In this document: piece by piece, positions 40,041-49,291 of the stretch | Layout: every line of letters begins with the position of its first letter | Position numbering within the stretch: position 1 is the stretch's first letter | IMG/VR virus record: IMGVR_UViG_2706795104_000001 | Coordinates: 64,001-128,000 of that record | Strand: one strand, 5' to 3' | DNA length: 64,000 nt | Source: an uncultured virus (IMG/VR IMGVR_UViG_2706795104_000001) | Lineage: Duplodnaviria > Heunggongvirae > Uroviricota > Caudoviricetes > Herelleviridae | Position numbers and translations under genes: made by a program | The notes under the pieces: model-generated | What the model saw: the letters and a program-made list of their open reading frames with translations, nothing else | Told to the model about the DNA's origin: nothing | Databases searched by the model: none

Positions 40041-40421
40041 ATGGAAGAAGTTAAAATGACAAAAGAAATGGTAAAAGTTGAACATGATTTATTAACAGAA
40101 CGAGTTACAAAGGTATACCGTGAAAAGGAATCAAGTTTCCACGCACCACACTTATTCACTGTAACATCTGCTGAAGACGACAAAACATTAGCAGTTATCC
40201 ACTTCCAAGAGGGCGCATTAAACGTTGCAGGAGTCAACGGAGTAATGAATGAAGACTTACTAGTTATGATCCTAACTCGACTACAAGGTTTCCAAAACAG
40301 TGAGTTTGCTTGCAAAGAGAATGCAATGGCAATCACCAAGATTGAAGAAGCGTTACTATGGTTACGTAAACGTACAATGGGACGAGAAAAACGTGGTGTA
40401 CTAGGAACACATACGAAGTAG
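40041..40421 (+). CDS. tad1: Tad1-family anti-Thoeris/anti-CBASS signal sponge
   Basis: IHFQEG...NGVMNEDLL..I..RLQGFQ...F.CKENA.AITKIEEALLWL.KR...R..RGVLGT matches the Tad1 pattern I recall (FQ.G...GV...DLL....RL..FQ...F..RENA.A.T..EEAL.W...R...R..R.VLGT). Confidence 0.85.
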   Translation: MEEVKMTKEMVKVEHDLLTERVTKVYREKESSFHAPHLFTVTSAEDDKTLAVIHFQEGALNVAGVNGVMNEDLLVMILTRLQGFQNSEFACKENAMAITKIEEALLWLRKRTMGREKRGVLGTHTK

Positions 40422-40483
40422 TTACAGTCTTCAATACATAATGATTATAGAACTACATATACATATTAGGAGGAAATATACAT

Positions 40484-41707
40484 ATGGCAAAAGCAAAATC
40501 AAAAGGTAAACAAGCAACTACAGGCATTGATTTAGATTTATCGGCTTTAAATCTAAGTGGCGGTCTAGTGTTGCTACGAGATTCCGATTATGCGAAGGTC
40601 TTCGATAGACTTCCTTTATTCTTACCGAAAATTGATAAAATCTTTGGTGGCGGCCTACCATTCGGACGAATGATTGAGGTTGCAGGGGTACCGTCAGGTG
40701 GTAAGTCAACATTCACTCACCACGTAATGCGTGTAGCAACTGCTCTAGGTTGCATTTGCGTACTGATTGACGTAGAGGGTACATCGGATAACGAACGTCT
40801 AACTGCTTTAGGGATCGACACAAGTAAAGTATTAGTGAAGCAGCCCGATCCTGATAAAGGTACTGCACTAACAGTTGAAGAAGTTGGACAAACAGTAGAA
40901 GAGACGTTAAAACTATTCGGAGAGAAATATCCTCATGTACCTGTAGTGTATGTATGGGACTCTGTAGGTTCTACACCTTCCCAAGTAGAGTTAGAGAAAG
41001 ACTTTGGTGAGCAGAACGTAGGAGCTAGAGCTAAAGCTATTACACAGTTCGTAACAAAGGTTACACCAATGGTATCTCAATCTAAATCTTTATTCATTGG
41101 TATCAACCAAGTGAGGGACGATATTGGTGGGAATCCAATGTTCAAAACATACAAAGTACCAGGTGGTAAAGCATGGGAGCACGCTGCTACACTTCGTATC
41201 GAGATTAAGAACCGAGGGGCTATCAACAAGGGTTCAGGCGTTAATAAAGAACGTTTAGGTCATACAATGGGTGTTAAAACTCAGAAGTCAAAAGTATCTC
41301 GTCCGTTCCAAGAAGCTACAGGATCGTTATTAGCAGATACAGGTATCGACTACGAATACAACTTAGTTACAATGGGAGACGAAGCAGGAATAATCGGTAA
41401 ACCAAGTAACCAAAGTTATGAGTACGTAGACCAATTCGGAACTGTATACAAACAAAACCGAGCAAGCTTCATTGAATGGTTACGAACTCCTGAAGCACAA
41501 CCAGTACGACAAGAGATTCTAAACAAGTTGATTCAGATTGAGTTCCCTGATGGGTACACGGCACTGAAGAACGAAACATTAGATATCTCAGGTTGGATTG
41601 ACCAAGTAGTTCCAGTGATATCTCCTGAATTTTCGCAATCTTCCGATAATTCAGATAATATCGAGGACTTACTATCGAAAGAAGCAGAAGACATTCTAAA
41701 AGGTTAG
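40484..41707 (+). CDS. recA: RecA/UvsX-like recombinase
   Basis: GGGLPFGRMIEVAGVPSGGKST; IDVEG; WDSVG; INQVRD; PGGKA. Confidence 0.93.
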   Translation: MAKAKSKGKQATTGIDLDLSALNLSGGLVLLRDSDYAKVFDRLPLFLPKIDKIFGGGLPFGRMIEVAGVPSGGKSTFTHHVMRVATALGCICVLIDVEGTSDNERLTALGIDTSKVLVKQPDPDKGTALTVEEVGQTVEETLKLFGEKYPHVPVVYVWDSVGSTPSQVELEKDFGEQNVGARAKAITQFVTKVTPMVSQSKSLFIGINQVRDDIGGNPMFKTYKVPGGKAWEHAATLRIEIKNRGAINKGSGVNKERLGHTMGVKTQKSKVSRPFQEATGSLLADTGIDYEYNLVTMGDEAGIIGKPSNQSYEYVDQFGTVYKQNRASFIEWLRTPEAQPVRQEILNKLIQIEFPDGYTALKNETLDISGWIDQVVPVISPEFSQSSDNSDNIEDLLSKEAEDILKG

Positions 41708-41751
41708 GGGGTTTAATCCCTCTAACCATATTATTATAAGGAGGGTTCATC

Positions 41752-42102
41752 TTGTATAAGGACACATATGGAGATGTTGTAGCAAACACACTACAATGCT
41801 ACAGGGAGAGAACACAAAGTAACGATACTGTATCACCGACACCGTACAAGGACATCAAGGCTATGTTAATCAAGACAATGGAAGAAGGTAAGCGTGTATT
41901 ACTGGACATTAAAGACTCTTACAATACACAAACTGTAGTTGTACTATTTGAAAAAGTGTACGACCGCTGGGCAATGGGGACCGCAGTTTGTTATTATGAA
42001 GGGGAAGAAGTGAAAGTACCGTACACAATCCATTACTCTGATATCCTTTGCAAGCACATTAACATTAAGGTGATTGTGGAGGGAGAGAATCCTTTTGCCT
42101 AG
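41752..42102 (+). CDS. Hypothetical protein
   Basis: AAGGAGG RBS, TTG start. Confidence 0.7.
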   Translation: MYKDTYGDVVANTLQCYRERTQSNDTVSPTPYKDIKAMLIKTMEEGKRVLLDIKDSYNTQTVVVLFEKVYDRWAMGTAVCYYEGEEVKVPYTIHYSDILCKHINIKVIVEGENPFA

Positions 42103-42733
42103 AAACGTAGAGAAAGAGCAAGAGCAAATTTGGAACGGTAATCGGTTTATGGTTAGTACAGAAGAAACGACAGGGGTATTTATACGAGACGTAGATAAAT
42201 TGTTCCATCAATACAGAAACTTACGCATGAGCATCTATAACCAATACAAGGGTTACTTATCTTCCGATCCTGTTACACAAGATGAACTACGAAGCTATAT
42301 TGATGAACAATTTATACGCCTTGTTAAGGAGTACGATATAGGCTCAGATGTTGACTTCCCTGGGTACATTAAGATTAAGTTACACTCACGAGTGAAGAAC
42401 TCATTCATCAAGTCAGTATTCCGAGACAAGCAACGTGTATTCGTCACAAGAAACTCATTTGACGTGTCTAACCTCATCGAGCAGAACCCTTGTAACGATG
42501 AGGAGCTAGACTACTATGCGACACTTGAATACGCTATTGGGGGCTTTAAGCTCACTCAAATGGAGAAAGAAGTATTGTTCTACTTACTACAAGAACTAAC
42601 AGACCCTCAGATTGAGAGAGCAATAAAAGATGACCACCCGAGAGAGCGTATCAGTTCCGCTACGATCCGAGAAACCATTAAGGATATGAGTGAACTTCTA
42701 AGAACAAAGTTACTTGAATCGTTAGAAAACTAA
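42095..42733 (+). CDS. Phage RNA polymerase sigma factor
   Basis: DELRSYIDEQFIRLVKEYD....DFPGYI (region 2) and C-terminal HTH (LTQMEKEV...ISSATIRE). Confidence 0.8.
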   Translation: MPRNVEKEQEQIWNGNRFMVSTEETTGVFIRDVDKLFHQYRNLRMSIYNQYKGYLSSDPVTQDELRSYIDEQFIRLVKEYDIGSDVDFPGYIKIKLHSRVKNSFIKSVFRDKQRVFVTRNSFDVSNLIEQNPCNDEELDYYATLEYAIGGFKLTQMEKEVLFYLLQELTDPQIERAIKDDHPRERISSATIRETIKDMSELLRTKLLESLEN

Positions 42734-42783
42734 GTGTTTTTGTATATTAATAGGAGAAACTATTAAGTGAAAGGATGATTTTA

Positions 42784-43136
42784 ATGGCTGACATTAAAAT
42801 GGATAAAGACGGCATCACAGTACAAGGTGAAGAAGTACAAGAAGTTCATCAATCCGGTATTTCGTGCCTGTAGAAGTGCCACCAGTGGAGCCAATGATGA
42901 TTGTTCGTTTACTTGTGTTCGTACTTGCATTAGTAAACGCAATTGGTGCAATGTTCGGTTACGACTTGAATCTATCAGTGGATCAGCAAAATGTGTATGA
43001 CATTGTGTCTGCATTGTTCTTACTGGGGTCAGGATTCCACGTAGCATGGAAGAACAACAACATCTCGAAGACCTCTCGTGTGAAAGCGCATGTCGGAGAG
43101 CAAGTAACAATTGATACGAAAGGGGAACAGAAATAA
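42784..43136 (+). CDS. Holin (SPP1-like, two TM segments); N-terminus frameshifted near 42847-42862
   Basis: IVRLLVFVLALVN...AWKNNNIS. The RBS-led ATG at 42784 is out of frame by 2 nt. Confidence 0.7.
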
Positions 43137-43612
43137 TGGCTAAATTAGCAGATGTACTAAAGCAAGCAACAGTAACTTTAAAAGTAGGTGACTACTTAGC
43201 AGCGTTCACTCGTCCTGAAGGTTATGTTCCTTCTATTAAAGGAACAACTTCACTTCACACAGGAAAATACCTATTCAAAATCGTAGGTGTTGGAACGGCA
43301 GAACAAGACGGGTCGTACAAGAAAATGAACATCGTTCCTGTAGTACATACAGCAGACAACAAAGGATACGAAGACAAGTTAAAAAGTCCAATCGTAATCG
43401 TGGAACCGTTAAAAGTGACACACGCAACTGGCCGCAATGACAATGAGTACAAGGATGTTTACCACGGTAACTCATTCCACACTCACACTGTGAAAGCAGG
43501 AGAAGAAGGACGTTCAGCGTTACTTGCATTCCTTGAGTTCACGAAAACTGAATATTCATTAACTGTGAATGACTTCATGGTTGGTGGAGAAGAACTAATC
43601 GCAGGTAAGTAA
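43136..43612 (+). CDS. Hypothetical (possibly virion) protein
   Basis: 158 aa, TAATG coupling to the holin. Confidence 0.65.
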   Translation: MAKLADVLKQATVTLKVGDYLAAFTRPEGYVPSIKGTTSLHTGKYLFKIVGVGTAEQDGSYKKMNIVPVVHTADNKGYEDKLKSPIVIVEPLKVTHATGRNDNEYKDVYHGNSFHTHTVKAGEEGRSALLAFLEFTKTEYSLTVNDFMVGGEELIAGK

Positions 43613-43704
43613 GGAGAGCAGAGAATGCTCTCTTTTTTTTTATGTAGAAAAATACTAAATTATGCTAGTTTTTTGTTGACTACTATGAAACATAATGCTA
43701 GAAT
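43613..43704 (+). promoter_or_regulatory. Terminator followed by SigA-type promoter
   Basis: GAGAGCA-GAGAA-TGCTCTC plus T-run; TTGTTGACT-17-TAGAAT. Confidence 0.65.
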
Positions 43705-43758
43705 GATAGTACAGTTGTTATACACTGTACATTTTTATAAGATACAAGGAGGGATTGC

Positions 43759-44718
43759 ATGTTCAAAGACCAAGATGAAGACGAACCCTTACGGTTGAGA
43801 TTGTTCGTGCCACCGACATTCGAAGGTGTAACTAGTGTAGCAGTTATAGAGGAGATTTTACAATGGAATATAGCCCTCGAAACTGTATTCACAAACACAC
43901 TGGATTTCAGGGAACATGAAAAATTTAAAGACGCAGACATGATACTTGTGTTAGGATTAGCGTACCGAGGGTACACGCTGCCGACCGAGTTCTTCATTAA
44001 CGCAGACGTGCCGTTTGTGGATTTCGTTCATATCAGTACATACGGAAATGCAATTGAAGGTAAACATATCATATCGTTCGTAGACGAACACACCGATCCA
44101 ATTAAAGTGTTGTACAACATACTGACAAATATGTCAAGTTCCTTAAATTTATCAAAGTACGTTAAACTTACCGATAAAGCGATGTATATGGTAGAAGCAG
44201 TGAATGCGTACCGTACATGGACATGGGAAGGTAATAACACCACACGTATGTTACTAGCGCTATACCACGCTAGTTATAAGCGTCTTCCTAAGCTCCTACA
44301 CAGGCTCCCCTTACAAGAGGTAGTAAAAGCCCACGCACCTGTTATTAAAGGTCAGTTAGAGAAGCTAGAGGACTATATAGAGAGAAAGAGCCAAATGGTT
44401 CAATCACGTCAAGTGGTAATTGACGGACAAGAGTGCATACTGAAACTGGTATACGCTGAAGAATACATAAATGAGTTAGCGAACGATATCCTTCACCAAG
44501 AAGACACAACGGTACCTGTTATCGTATGTGTAGGGAGAACCACAAAATCAAATGACATATTTTCTGTACGAACAAAAGGGATACATGCAGGACGTGTGGC
44601 AGAAGTGATTAATGGTGGTGGAGGTAAGGAGAACGTAGCTACATTCTTCGCCCCAGTCGGGTGTGCAACACTTATGGCTAATGCGACCGTAACCAATATT
44701 CATAATGGTTCGTTGTAG
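43759..44718 (+). CDS. DHH/DHHA1-like phosphoesterase-fold protein, degenerate motifs
   Basis: C-terminal FSVRT...VAE..NGGGGKENVA resembles DHHA1; YRTWTW resembles the D.W.W motif. Confidence 0.5.
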   Translation: MFKDQDEDEPLRLRLFVPPTFEGVTSVAVIEEILQWNIALETVFTNTLDFREHEKFKDADMILVLGLAYRGYTLPTEFFINADVPFVDFVHISTYGNAIEGKHIISFVDEHTDPIKVLYNILTNMSSSLNLSKYVKLTDKAMYMVEAVNAYRTWTWEGNNTTRMLLALYHASYKRLPKLLHRLPLQEVVKAHAPVIKGQLEKLEDYIERKSQMVQSRQVVIDGQECILKLVYAEEYINELANDILHQEDTTVPVIVCVGRTTKSNDIFSVRTKGIHAGRVAEVINGGGGKENVATFFAPVGCATLMANATVTNIHNGSL

Positions 44719-44769
44719 ATATCATCACTTAATAGTGTGATATAATAAAATTCGGAGGGGATTTTTTAC

Positions 44770-45024
44770 ATGATTAAAGCAAAGGCATTTGAAAAATGGA
44801 TGGGTACGAGTGGTTATGTCTCCGATCCTGAGTTTGCGGCAGTTACTAATTTACTTAGTAGTCTACCAGTTATGGAGGAGAAGCATTACGGAGGATTAAT
44901 CTTTGCTTCCGTGAAAACTGTTTATGCAACAGCAGACGAACAGTACCTACAGCTCATCTACCAAGTACGAACACCGAAAACACCAAAAGGAATGCAATAC
45001 ACTTACTACTTTGGAGAAGCCTAA
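44770..45024 (+). CDS. Hypothetical protein
   Basis: GGAGG RBS, 84 aa. Confidence 0.6.
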   Translation: MIKAKAFEKWMGTSGYVSDPEFAAVTNLLSSLPVMEEKHYGGLIFASVKTVYATADEQYLQLIYQVRTPKTPKGMQYTYYFGEA

Positions 45025-45046
45025 TAATTACATGGAGTGAGTAATT

Positions 45047-46354
45047 TTGGCTAAAGAAAAATTAACGAAACATGAGCAATCATCAATTAAAGAAGAGACA
45101 GGCGCATACGTAGTAGTCATGGGTTACTTAAAACGAGAACGTGGACAAGTAGCCCCGTCTGTTTTCAACAAGATTATTGTGGAGCTTGGATATAATAAAG
45201 TAAAGAAACAAGATTTAATTATAGTAGCAGAGAAGATTGAAAGTAGCGATATCTTATCAAGTCTGTATAAGAAAGCGTACTTAGGTGAGATTACAATTGA
45301 TGATATCCCTCACGCTTACGAAGAGGAGACGCAAGTGAAAGAGGAGAACATTTTCTCCTATGTAACGAACTACTTAATGGACAAAGAAGATAATACTGCT
45401 AAACTAAGAGAATACAGAAAATTACAAAAAGATGGAACTCTTATGGCTCTACTAATGAAAGACTTGAAGAAGCATTTAGTAGAGGAACTAAAAGGTCTAC
45501 CTCGTGCGAAGTACTTAACGTCAGAACCGTACAAACCTAAAAAAGGGGACAAGCATTTAATTCTAGCTTTCTCAGATTGGCATATCGGATTCGTAAGTTT
45601 CGACATGCATACAGGTAATCACAACTTCGAACGACTTAAAATGTCTGTAAACGAGATTGTAGCGTACACACGTCAAATCGTACAGGAGAGAAACATTAAA
45701 CATGTATATGTGATGTTCTTAGGAGATTTAGTTGAGAACTTCTCAATGCGTTCTACACAGTCATTTGATTTAGAGTTTACATTTGCAGACCAAATCGCAA
45801 AAGGTACACGCATGTTTGTAGATGTATTGGCTAACCTATCTAAGTTCGTTCCTGTAACGTTCTCTATGGTAGCAGGGAACCATGACCGATTCGAGTCTGA
45901 TAAGAAGACTGCTATCTTTAATAACTCTGTAGCGTACACTGTATTAGACACATTAATCATGCTTAAAGAGCAGCTAGGTCAGTTACCGAACGTGGGGATC
46001 GTAGATAACCGTAAGGACGTTTACCGATTCGATGTAGAAGTAGCTGGGCAACATATCGTAGGTGTACACGGAGACCACTTACCAAAGAGTAGTGAGAAGA
46101 TTCCTGCGTACATGAAGAAGGGTGAGCAAGTAGATATTCTGTTCTCAGGTCACTTGCACTCTCTATGGATTAATCAAGAGAGCTACACACGATTACATAT
46201 CCAAGTGAGTTCTCCAATTGGAGAAAACTCATACTCTCGTCAAGGTAACTATCCGACAACAACACCATCACAACAAATTGTTATTTTGACTGAAGGTTCT
46301 AAAATACCTGAACTGATCCCGTTGTGGTTAGGTACAGACGGAAAGTTACTATAG
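45047..46354 (+). CDS. Calcineurin-like metallophosphoesterase
   Basis: SDWHIG, LGDLVE, GNHD, HGD, SGHLH. Confidence 0.88.
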   Translation: MAKEKLTKHEQSSIKEETGAYVVVMGYLKRERGQVAPSVFNKIIVELGYNKVKKQDLIIVAEKIESSDILSSLYKKAYLGEITIDDIPHAYEEETQVKEENIFSYVTNYLMDKEDNTAKLREYRKLQKDGTLMALLMKDLKKHLVEELKGLPRAKYLTSEPYKPKKGDKHLILAFSDWHIGFVSFDMHTGNHNFERLKMSVNEIVAYTRQIVQERNIKHVYVMFLGDLVENFSMRSTQSFDLEFTFADQIAKGTRMFVDVLANLSKFVPVTFSMVAGNHDRFESDKKTAIFNNSVAYTVLDTLIMLKEQLGQLPNVGIVDNRKDVYRFDVEVAGQHIVGVHGDHLPKSSEKIPAYMKKGEQVDILFSGHLHSLWINQESYTRLHIQVSSPIGENSYSRQGNYPTTTPSQQIVILTEGSKIPELIPLWLGTDGKLL

Positions 46355-46367
46355 GGAGGAAAAGAAA

Positions 46368-46751
46368 ATGACTGCATATGATATTGTATTAGTTACTCTG
46401 TATATGGTAGTTGTCGTAACATTCGTTACGAATAACATTCAGTTGTATAAAGAGTCTGCTAGACTAAAAGAGATGGGACAAACCCCTCTCACAGGCCGCA
46501 ACTTATCCGTAGTGATTGTGGCATTCATTTCCGAGATGTTAACCGTGGCAGGAATTATGTGGTGCTTCCAAGCACTAGATACTCCTGTAAACCCTTGGAC
46601 TGTAGCGTGTATGTTCATTGTAGGTTATTTAATCCGTAACATTGGTGCGTATGTCTCTGCTTGGGTGCTATGGACTATATTCGTACGGATCGACAAGGGG
46701 AAAATGAAACACGAAGTAGAGAAAGAGATTACTAGTGGAAAGGCTCTGTAA
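46368..46751 (+). CDS. Membrane protein
   Basis: Three hydrophobic segments, GGGAGG RBS. Confidence 0.7.
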   Translation: MTAYDIVLVTLYMVVVVTFVTNNIQLYKESARLKEMGQTPLTGRNLSVVIVAFISEMLTVAGIMWCFQALDTPVNPWTVACMFIVGYLIRNIGAYVSAWVLWTIFVRIDKGKMKHEVEKEITSGKAL

Positions 46752-46777
46752 TAGAGTCTTTCTTTTTTTTATTTTTT

Positions 46778-46835
46778 TTTATAAATGTTGTTGACTTTAG
46801 GAAAACATGTATGGTAAATTAAGTACAAGAGATAA
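46778..46835 (+). promoter_or_regulatory. Early promoter, repeat copy 1
   Basis: TTTTATAAATGTTGTTGACTT...ATGGTAAATTAAGTACAAGAGATAA. Confidence 0.75.
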
Positions 46836-46862
46836 CGAACAACATATCGAGGAGGAAACGAA

Positions 46863-47063
46863 ATGATTAAAATAAAATTATTCACAAGTAAATCAGGTAA
46901 GGAACTATTTGATATGAAGGAGACCTTTTATGCGTGGGGTAATGAGAGTAGTGTCGCACCAATCCCTTTCACAGTTTGCAAGGAACATACAGAGGACATG
47001 GGAGATAATCTTATCCACGTTAAAGATATAAGTAGTGTAAAATTTGGAGGTGTTACGAAATGA
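46863..47063 (+). CDS. Hypothetical early protein
   Basis: GAGGAGG RBS. Confidence 0.65.
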   Translation: MIKIKLFTSKSGKELFDMKETFYAWGNESSVAPIPFTVCKEHTEDMGDNLIHVKDISSVKFGGVTK

Positions 47064-47344
47064 TAGATAGTTTCGATTCAATCAAAGTAGGAGATTTACT
47101 TAAATGGGATATGATATGGGGAGTAACTGAGTACTTAGGTCGAGAGGAAGACGGTACAGTCCTATTAAAGAACATAGCAGGTGAAACAATGGAGTTCCGA
47201 CCTGAGGGTTTTCTAAGCTACGCAACAATCATAACAGACGGATATATAAAGCAAGAGTACTGGGAGAGAAGAAAAGGACTTGAAAAAATGTTAGCAAAGG
47301 AGAGAGGAGAACGTGAGAACGCAAAGGCGCAGAGAACTAGCTAA
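47060..47344 (+). CDS. Hypothetical early protein
   Basis: ATGA overlap, GGAGG RBS. Confidence 0.65.
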   Translation: MIDSFDSIKVGDLLKWDMIWGVTEYLGREEDGTVLLKNIAGETMEFRPEGFLSYATIITDGYIKQEYWERRKGLEKMLAKERGERENAKAQRTS

Positions 47345-47528
47345 GGCCGCAGGGTTCAAGTTAAAGCGTAGAAAGAATGAGTACATTATAAAGTCTAACT
47401 TATCAGTAGATGTCACTACTACTTTCGGGGACACACAAGGAGAGAGAGATGATGCAGTGTTATACTTAATTTATATAATGCGTAGATGGAGCAAAAATAA
47501 AAACTTACGAAATAAGGGAGTTGTTTAG
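47313..47528 (+). CDS. Hypothetical basic protein
   Basis: GAGG RBS before GTG. Confidence 0.5.
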   Translation: MRTQRRRELAKAAGFKLKRRKNEYIIKSNLSVDVTTTFGDTQGERDDAVLYLIYIMRRWSKNKNLRNKGVV

Positions 47529-47530
47529 TA

Positions 47531-47713
47531 ATGAAACGATGGATATATGAAGTAACGTATACAATGAAAACTTGCCCAATGCTAACGCTTAGGCTAGATG
47601 ACCTGTACGAAGACAGGGACGAAGCAGAGGAAGAAGCAGAAAACTTAAAGCTAGAGTTAACAGGAGAGTACGCAGTGATTGACGTACGACCTAGAAAGCT
47701 GGTGCTACGATGA
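47531..47713 (+). CDS. Hypothetical protein
   Basis: GGGAG RBS. Confidence 0.55.
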   Translation: MKRWIYEVTYTMKTCPMLTLRLDDLYEDRDEAEEEAENLKLELTGEYAVIDVRPRKLVLR

Positions 47714-47898
47714 TGCATTTCCAAGTAACAGGTACAAAGTATATGGTATTCGAAAAATTAACACACTACTATGACGACAACGATTCAGCGTTTGTTATGG
47801 CTTTTGACTATGAGAAGGACGCTAACGATTATGTAGCAGCTCATCCTCAACATAGCTATTACGTAGTAAAAGAGCACACATACAAAATTAATAAATAA
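47710..47898 (+). CDS. Hypothetical protein
   Basis: Overlapping start, contiguous array. Confidence 0.55.
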   Translation: MMHFQVTGTKYMVFEKLTHYYDDNDSAFVMAFDYEKDANDYVAAHPQHSYYVVKEHTYKINK

Positions 47899-47912
47899 GG
47901 GAGATGTTTATA

Positions 47913-48419
47913 ATGAAATTAGATTACGGATCAGGAAGACAACCAAAGGCAGGATTCAAGTCATCGGACTTTATTGGTACACCGTGTTACGATTACTATA
48001 TCAAGGATTACAAAGTATTAGACCTAGCAGATAATACGTGCGATGTGATTCATTGCCGTAACGTGATTCACCACATTCCAAAGGAAGACTTACCGATCCT
48101 GTTCGGAGAGTTCAAACGTTTATTAAAGCCAGGTGGACAGTTAATCATCTCAGAGCCACGAGAAGAGTTCCATAAGCAGAATTTGATTCTAGACCTTATT
48201 TGGTACCGTTGGGTGAACTACGATACAAACATCATGATTCCTTACGAGTATGTAAACTACAAAGAGTATCTAACAGACTTTACGCTGCTTGATACAGTGA
48301 ATGAGTATAACAACGAGATTCTTACATACGTAGTAAATAAGCCAGTACAAAAAATTACACGTAGAACAGGAGTGTTAGTATGGTCATCGAACTCAAAACG
48401 ATCTCTTATTACGAACTAG
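47913..48419 (+). CDS. Class I SAM-dependent methyltransferase (type 11-like)
   Basis: LDYGSG (motif I); DVIHCRNVIHHI; RLLKPGGQLIISEP. Confidence 0.8.
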   Translation: MKLDYGSGRQPKAGFKSSDFIGTPCYDYYIKDYKVLDLADNTCDVIHCRNVIHHIPKEDLPILFGEFKRLLKPGGQLIISEPREEFHKQNLILDLIWYRWVNYDTNIMIPYEYVNYKEYLTDFTLLDTVNEYNNEILTYVVNKPVQKITRRTGVLVWSSNSKRSLITN

Positions 48420-48649
48420 ACGATATCATGAAAGAAATGGAAGCAAGGGGGTTTATGTCTAAGCGTAAGTTTTGGCAAGATTACGCAACTGAATTTGGTG
48501 TTAACCGAGGTGCGATAGCGTGGTTTGGTTTCGACTACTACGAGTACACAGATAAAGCAGAGACGTATGAGGTATACTTTGCAGAAGTTAAACGTATGTT
48601 AGGATTACCTGAGAAGACTGACGGTATTATGGTTAAAACAGACTGGTAA
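48380..48649 (+). CDS. Hypothetical protein
   Basis: AGGAG RBS. Confidence 0.6.
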   Translation: MVIELKTISYYELDDIMKEMEARGFMSKRKFWQDYATEFGVNRGAIAWFGFDYYEYTDKAETYEVYFAEVKRMLGLPEKTDGIMVKTDW

Positions 48650-48667
48650 ACAAATAGGAGGGTCAAT

Positions 48668-48877
48668 GTGGAAGAACTAATCAAAAAACAAATTGAAATA
48701 GAAAATAAAATAGAAGTACTTCACGATGAGTCAGACAAGATCGGGGAGGAAATCTGCGCCACGTTTGAGAGGTTAAGTAGGAAGGAAAAGATAGAATGCT
48801 ACCACCTGCTACCGACAACATCTACAAAATACAAAGTATTTTGTAGATTTATCGAACCATTACTTGATGAAGAATAG
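48668..48877 (+). CDS. Hypothetical protein
   Basis: AGGAGG RBS. Confidence 0.6.
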   Translation: MEELIKKQIEIENKIEVLHDESDKIGEEICATFERLSRKEKIECYHLLPTTSTKYKVFCRFIEPLLDEE

Positions 48878-48888
48878 GAGGGGTTGTA

Positions 48889-49074
48889 ATGGGGTGGAGA
48901 GCAGAGTACAGAGATAAAGCACAGGCGGCCTACGGGGGTTACTGCCAAAAGGCTAGGTCGCTAGGGTGCGATCCTATACCGTATTATAGATTCACAGATT
49001 TATATGAAACATTAAGTGTAAAAGATATTGTAAAACAATTACATGGAGGGATTACTAGTGGAAAAGAAAGATGA
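48889..49074 (+). CDS. Hypothetical protein
   Basis: AGGAGG RBS. Confidence 0.6.
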   Translation: MGWRAEYRDKAQAAYGGYCQKARSLGCDPIPYYRFTDLYETLSVKDIVKQLHGGITSGKER

Positions 49075-49204
49075 GGTACTAAGAGATTGTTTTGAAAAGA
49101 TATTAATATTTATCAGTGAAAAGAACCCGAACGATCCTACAGTAAAGAACATCAAGACACAGATTAGAAGAGGTATGTGGGTAATAGAAAATAGAGAAAA
49201 TTAA
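49058..49204 (+). CDS. Small hypothetical protein (48 aa), not in ORF track
   Basis: GGAGG RBS before GTG, stop just before the next promoter. Confidence 0.5.
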   Translation: MEKKDEVLRDCFEKILIFISEKNPNDPTVKNIKTQIRRGMWVIENREN

Positions 49205-49205
49205 T

Positions 49206-49263
49206 TTTTATAAAGTTGTTGACTTATAGAAAACAACATGGTAAATTAGATTCATAAGATATT
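49206..49263 (+). promoter_or_regulatory. Early promoter, repeat copy 2
   Basis: TTTTATAAAGTTGTTGACTT-...-ATGGTAAATTAGATTCATAAGATA; TTGACT-17-TAAATT. Confidence 0.75.
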
Positions 49264-49291
49264 AAACAAATTATCAAAGGAGATGTTAATT

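Noticed and set aside
46727-49064. 15-bp direct repeat GATTACTAGTGGAAA at about 46727 and 49050
   Set aside because: Only two copies at gene ends with no other support. It could be chance or an old recombination scar.
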